Assembly: GCA_020137815.1 (NCBI GenBank)
Contig: CM035356.1
Location: forward strand, 2,790,001 to 2,854,000
DNA: 64,000 nt
Direction of reading: 5' to 3'
DNA from: Hormiphora californensis
Lineage: Eukaryota > Animalia > Ctenophora
Each line of letters begins with the position of its first letter. Position 1 is the first letter of the stretch. Below the pieces are notes generated by a model. It saw only the letters and a program-made list of their open reading frames with translations, did no database searches and was not told the DNA's origin. This document shows positions 59,138 through 64,000 of the stretch, in pieces. Both the position numbers and the translations under genes were made by a program.

Positions 59138-62068
59138 ATGGAGCAAGAGTTCAGACTACCCGGAGAGCAGGTGATGCCCATACCCAAGATGGCGAACAAG
59201 AACAAGAAACAGAATAAGAACAAACCAAACGGGTTCTTTTCCTTCGCACAGGCCCAGCGAAAAAAGCTCGCTGCTACGCATGATATCCGAGGTAGGTTGA
59301 AATAAAGCATGATGCTGAAAAAGCACATCCACTTCTGTAAGCACGGGGTGTGATCTAAGTGTTCCAAAGAGCACTGATTATATGGATTCACGTGCTATTG
59401 TCACAATGTTATCGTATATCACAAGTAAACAGCCGCCAGACAAATCAGGCGGGCTAGCAATTTCACTGCTACTGCATGGCAAACCTCTGACTTGGAGGCG
59501 CGCGTGGCTCTACTAAAGTAGAGAGAGTTGAAAATGTAAGCAAAGGTAAGAAAGTTATGACGCGCGCAGTGATCTCACTATCACGGTTGGCTGTCAGTCC
59601 TCCCTGTCTCTTCTCGAATATTCTTGATAGTGAGACGGAAATGAAATGAACCTTCCCAATTCATGTAGCATTTCCGGGTCATTCTTCTCAATTTAGTGAC
59701 TGTCGACAACAACACACATTTTCGAATTGCGTTAATAACACACATGGAAAATGTGTGAGGGACTATTGTTATTGGAAAAGAGCGGCACATTATGCAAGCA
59801 TGTGTTCGTATGCTACCTTTTCCTGTACTGTCTAGAGTCTATGTTTCTCTCTCTCTCTCCCTCTCTCTCTCTCCCTCTCTCTCTCTCCCCCCTCTCTCTC
59901 TCTCACTCTCTCCCCCCTCTCTCCCTCACTCCAATGTCTGCATTACAGGAAACACACAACTGGTAGCACTGTGCGACCCCATGTGGAGAGCAATGAGTGC
60001 AGAGGAAAAGAAAATGTGGACCCAGCGGGCTAAGGAGGAACATGCCCGAAACCAGGGCTCTATAGCTAGTGGCCATGGGTCTGGTGGGGAGATGAGGATG
60101 GATTGTAATCGGAGGTTCATATCACAGAGACAGGCGGCTGAGCAAGCAGAACTAGATCAGAGGGAGGAGGAGAGGAGATACTGTAAAGGTGTACTGGAGA
60201 GGTAAACAGTTTGTAGATTTATTGGCGATATTATCGACTTTAATTGCAATGCAAGTAGAATAGAATGGAGTCCTAGGGCACCAGTTAGAGATTCCCATGC
60301 ATCAGTTCCCAAGCTGTATGGTCGGGAGGCAAGTGAGTGCTGACATGCGCGTTAGCTCTAAAGTCGGATTTTTTGAAACTGTCACCCCCAAATGACTGCG
60401 CATGTGAAATTTATCAATTTTGACGCGCACACCATACGTTAACATGTGATGTGACGTGCAAAAACATTCCGCGCACGAAAAGGGGGGTGACAGTTTCAAA
60501 AAATCCGACTTTACTTTCCATTCAATTTACGTGACGCGCAGCAATGTCGCATGGTTCCCACAGAACCATCTGCATGCCCGGCCATCATGATGGCCGGGCA
60601 TGCAGGAACGCGTCGTGCCCTGATATCAGGGAGCGTCCCCTGATATCAGGGTATCAATCTGTAACTGGTGCGTAGTTGCCTGCCTTTTCCTTACTCTAAA
60701 TCCTACAAATTATCCTCTCTTTCCAGGCCCTAAAATTAAACAATCCTATCAGGTGTGACGATGTATCAGATGTTGAGTTTTACATAGTCGACTCCCTGAC
60801 CACAATTGAATACGATGATGGTGTCTACGTTCCCTGTGAGGTTGGCGTGGTACGGTGCTCGTTACGTGATGGTATCATTGACTTCTGTCACTTCTTTCCG
60901 GATCCTGGTCTTCTCAGGTAAAATAAAAACAGGGGTAGTCGATCAGGGGGGAGGGGAGAGACTGGTGTCTAGATAGATACCCCCTCATACTACTATCTTT
61001 TAAGTTTTATAGAAGAATCGTTATCACTGACCCCCTCTTCTCTCTCCCAGGAACGGACATACTCACAGCGCCATCTCCAAGGCGGACCTAGAGCACGAAA
61101 TTCCCCCCGTGGGCTTCACTTGTGCCACAAAGGATTACGACCGAGAGACATCTAAACTTCATGACCTGATGCGCCTAGACCGGCCCATGCGCCCCCTTGT
61201 TTTCTGCAGATCGAGCGAGAGGAAGAGGACTGAGGGATGTTTTGAATGGTTCCATCACCGCGTGGAACGGAACATGAGAATCAAAGTAATGGAACTAGAA
61301 ATGTGGATGGATGAGATGGTTGCGGCTACTGGCAGCCACAAGACACACAACACTGCCCAACTCAGAAGACTCCTATATGAGACGAGGTATGATTTCGCGA
61401 GGGGTGTCAGGTGTGAGTTCCATTGTTCCACGGATAAGATTAGTTGTGCCATTGGTAACACCCGGAAATGGTTCTTCTTCATGGTGGAGCTGATGTTTGA
61501 TTTTGTGGACAACTTCACTGCTATCCCTGGTAAACACCACCCAAGGGACATGCCATTGTTCCAAAAGGGCTCCACAAACCAACCCCCCGGAGCAGTCCAA
61601 CAACCCCCACCCTCCAACTATTACGGGGATTCTCAGTCTACAATATCCTCCTATACATCCTTGTCCTCCCGTGGTGCCTCATCATCACATTATACCACCC
61701 CTCCATCTTCCCACTACGCCCCATCCACCACCAGCACCCTCTACGATCAGACCTGCCCAGATGAGGAGGTACCAAGGAGACCGTCCCACCTCCAACTTGA
61801 TGGTACAAAGCCACGGGGTCGGGGCAGCAGCCCTCTTACCCCAACAAACTTTAACAGCCCAGGGGGATCCCCAAACAGTTTCATGGCACAGCAGAACAGT
61901 TATGGTGGCATGGCATCTCCAAGTGTCGTTAACTCATTTGCTAGCATGAGTATTGCGGACTTGAACAATGGGGGGCAAGTGTACAGCCGGGGAAGGGGCA
62001 GGGCCAGGGGTCAGACTCCATCCGGAGATGAATCAATGCCTCGAAGACCAGGACAAAACAAAAGATAG
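59138..62068 (+). CDS. MAEL: Maelstrom paralog 4 (most canonical: HMG + MAEL with full E-H-H-C-H-C + RG tail), exons 59138-59291, 59949-60201, 60753-60917, 61051-62068
   Basis: KPNGFFSFAQ...CDPMWRAMSAEEKKMWTQRAK (HMG); FYIVDSL...YVPCEVGVVRCSLRDGIIDFCHFFPDPG; EHEIP; RYDF...RCEFH...ISCAIGN; all junctions in phase. Confidence 0.92.
60361..60511. mobile_element. TA-flanked AAGTC-terminus MITE in Mael-4 intron 2 (decayed relative at ~57087-57180)
   Basis: TA-AAGTCGGATTTTTTGAAACTGTCACCCCC...GGGGGTGACAGTTTCAAAAAATCCGACTT-TA. Confidence 0.9.
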
Positions 62069-62334
62069 ACAAAGAGAGAGACAAATATATATTATTTTGA
62101 TTGATAACAATTACCAGAAGGGGAATTTTAATTTATATCATGTATTTCTATGTTGGGTTACATTAATTCTAAGCTCTTGCTAGCTGTTGCTTTAAGACAC
62201 TGGTCCTAGGAATTGATATAAATTAACTACATGACAGTCACTAGTTGATCATCTGAACGCGTCCAAATCATCAAATCTCAATTAGCAGGAATTAATATAT
62301 GTCCGGCACACTAATAGATATGGCTCAAGAAGAT

Positions 62335-63167
62335 CTAGAGGAGTATAACTGAATCATCCTGAATCTGAAGTCCAATCAGGATGAGGGATGTGAGGTAATC
62401 GAACTCATACAAGCAGTCCACAAAGTCGTCCCCTGTAGCCCCTGTACACTTGGTATGTCTCTGAAATTGAAAATGTTGACTCTATTTTGTTGTCACAATT
62501 AAGAAACTCACCCCCTACCTACTCACCCCGACTTCCCCTTGTCAGAGCACCCGAAACTTTCAAATAATTGACCTGTCTGAAATGTCGTTCTGCCCTATGT
62601 ATGGCAGAGTTTGGCACGCCATAATAACCACCGCTATAACTGACCTGTCCGAGTTCCCGTCTAATTATCTCTGCCCGTTTCCTCAGAAAGTGAAGTTCCT
62701 TGTGCTGCCGTTTTGTGATGGGAGTTGTGGTGTGTTGGCTTAGCACACACAACCTCTCCAACCACTCGTCCGTTATCTTACTATTGGAGCTTGCCAGCGC
62801 CCTCCAAACGGCAATCCGTCCTGCCACACTGGATACCTGTATTTAGATTTTGGGTTGTTGACTGAATTCTTAGACAACGCACTTTGATTGCGTCTGTGTC
62901 GCTAGACGTTGGAGTAGGAAACTGACAGCAACTGTTACAGCATTTATTGGCCTGGATCCATATCGATATTCTAATTCATTATGTCCAACTCAATACCTGA
63001 TTATCGGGGGTGATGTCCATGTCTCTGAGAAGTCGCTGGCTGCTCTCCCACGCCTTCACAACGGATACTTCACACCCACTCTGTACAGTGCAGTTACCCA
63101 TGTAGCTGCTGCCCTGTACCACCTGCATCCCCCATGATACAAGCAAAATCAAAGACAAAAGTAACAT
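62335..63167 (-). CDS. 162-aa secreted protein of unknown family, 3 exons (63167-62997, 62836-62645, 62460-62335)
   Basis: MLLLSLILLVSWGMQVVQG signal-peptide-like; phase-0 GT-AG junctions give ...NCTVQSGCEVSVVKAW...WLERLCVL...ITKRQ...AEIIRRELGQ|RHTKCTGATG...ILL*. Confidence 0.78.
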
Positions 63168-64000
63168 ATTGTGTGTCGTGCAATGGTGGTGGCAAGTTAT
63201 AAACTTTTCTTTTTCCTGACGTCCATGCAGTTTTTACGCAATTTTATTTCCGCTTTTGGTGCAGATCATGGGAACACAGCTACTCATTGGTAGGGTTGAG
63301 GTGTATTTCTGCTGGTGATACAGGCTGTTGTAGGGGTGATCTGTAGATGTGGATTCTGTAGATCTCATCCAGTAGTCCGGAACTGACGGCATGATGACCG
63401 TCATATTATTGACAAATCAACTGCTTACCATCTCGCTTCTTCTTCACACGTTCTTCTTATCACAAGCTGCCACGCCCCTCAACTCGTGGCACATGCACAA
63501 GGGACTATATCGCAGAAAGTGAAATCACTGGCAGTGGAGGAGAACACCTTCAGTAACTGCCATAGCTGGCAGGTTCCATTAAATAATTATAAGTGGAGGA
63601 GTTGTGCCCCTCTCAATGAGATATGTGGGAGGTTGTGCCCCTCACACAATGCACATTACACATAACAGCACACAATACACATCATGACATACATGACAGC
63701 TCAACATACATCTCCTTTACAATTATTACAGCAACACATGACACGTGCTCTCATGTGTAACACACGTGCTGTGCAACACATGACGTGCTCTCCTGTGTAA
63801 TTCCAGTTTCCAACCATGACCATGACATATATTACCACTTGCCAATAAACCTTCAATAGGCGTGTCAATTGGCAACAGTTGTCACATGTGCGTCTAAGAG
63901 ATATACAAAATGACACATGCATATAATTATCACATGAACGTCATTTTCACAACCAGAGAGAGAGAGATGGAGCTATCTGGTGTAATTGATTAATTAACAT

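Noticed and set aside
62519-62644. ORF-track extension VSYSGGYYG...RGE of the 62.5-kb gene
   Set aside because: A phase-0 donor at 62644 joined to the 62460 exon gives a product matching the paralog (CTGATG vs CDRATG); the extension is more likely intron, though not excluded.

Overview
Eukaryotic (intron-containing, invertebrate animal) genomic DNA from a draft assembly. It has two 100-N gaps and several low-quality, homopolymer-inflated stretches (~15.8-16.9 kb, ~19.9-21.8 kb, ~26.6-28.7 kb, ~42.9-45.2 kb). A ctenophore-like source is only my impression and cannot be shown from the sequence. Exons were assembled by eye from GT-AG boundaries and reading phase. Genes: a PLAC8/cornifelin-family gene; the 3' half of WDR47 with an intronic tRNA-Ile(AAT); and a SynGAP/DAB2IP-type PH-C2-RasGAP whose 4-kb intron holds two nested secreted-protein genes. 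A ~10-kb block (uncharacterised gene + intronless atypical Rho + HMG-MAEL Maelstrom) occurs twice, and two further very divergent Maelstrom paralogs bring the total to four loci. Mobile DNA includes a probable large DNA transposon (C2H2-Ulp1 protease, SWIM-YqaJ exonuclease, degenerate ISL2EU-like transposase traces), a 5'-truncated Penelope-like element with a minimal hammerhead ribozyme, and many MITEs. Most striking: (1) an ultra-small mobile element family, CTGTCAG-AGCATTGGC-CTGACAG, with 8-bp target-site duplications, present as 53-81 bp forms bounded by 19-bp direct repeats and as 23-28 bp 'solo' forms; (2) a diversified Maelstrom array that keeps remnants of the ancestral DEDDh nuclease site, carries RG/PRRP tails and is interleaved with U6- and U2-snRNA fragments; (3) two distant paralogs of an unrecognised small secreted Cys-containing helical protein.
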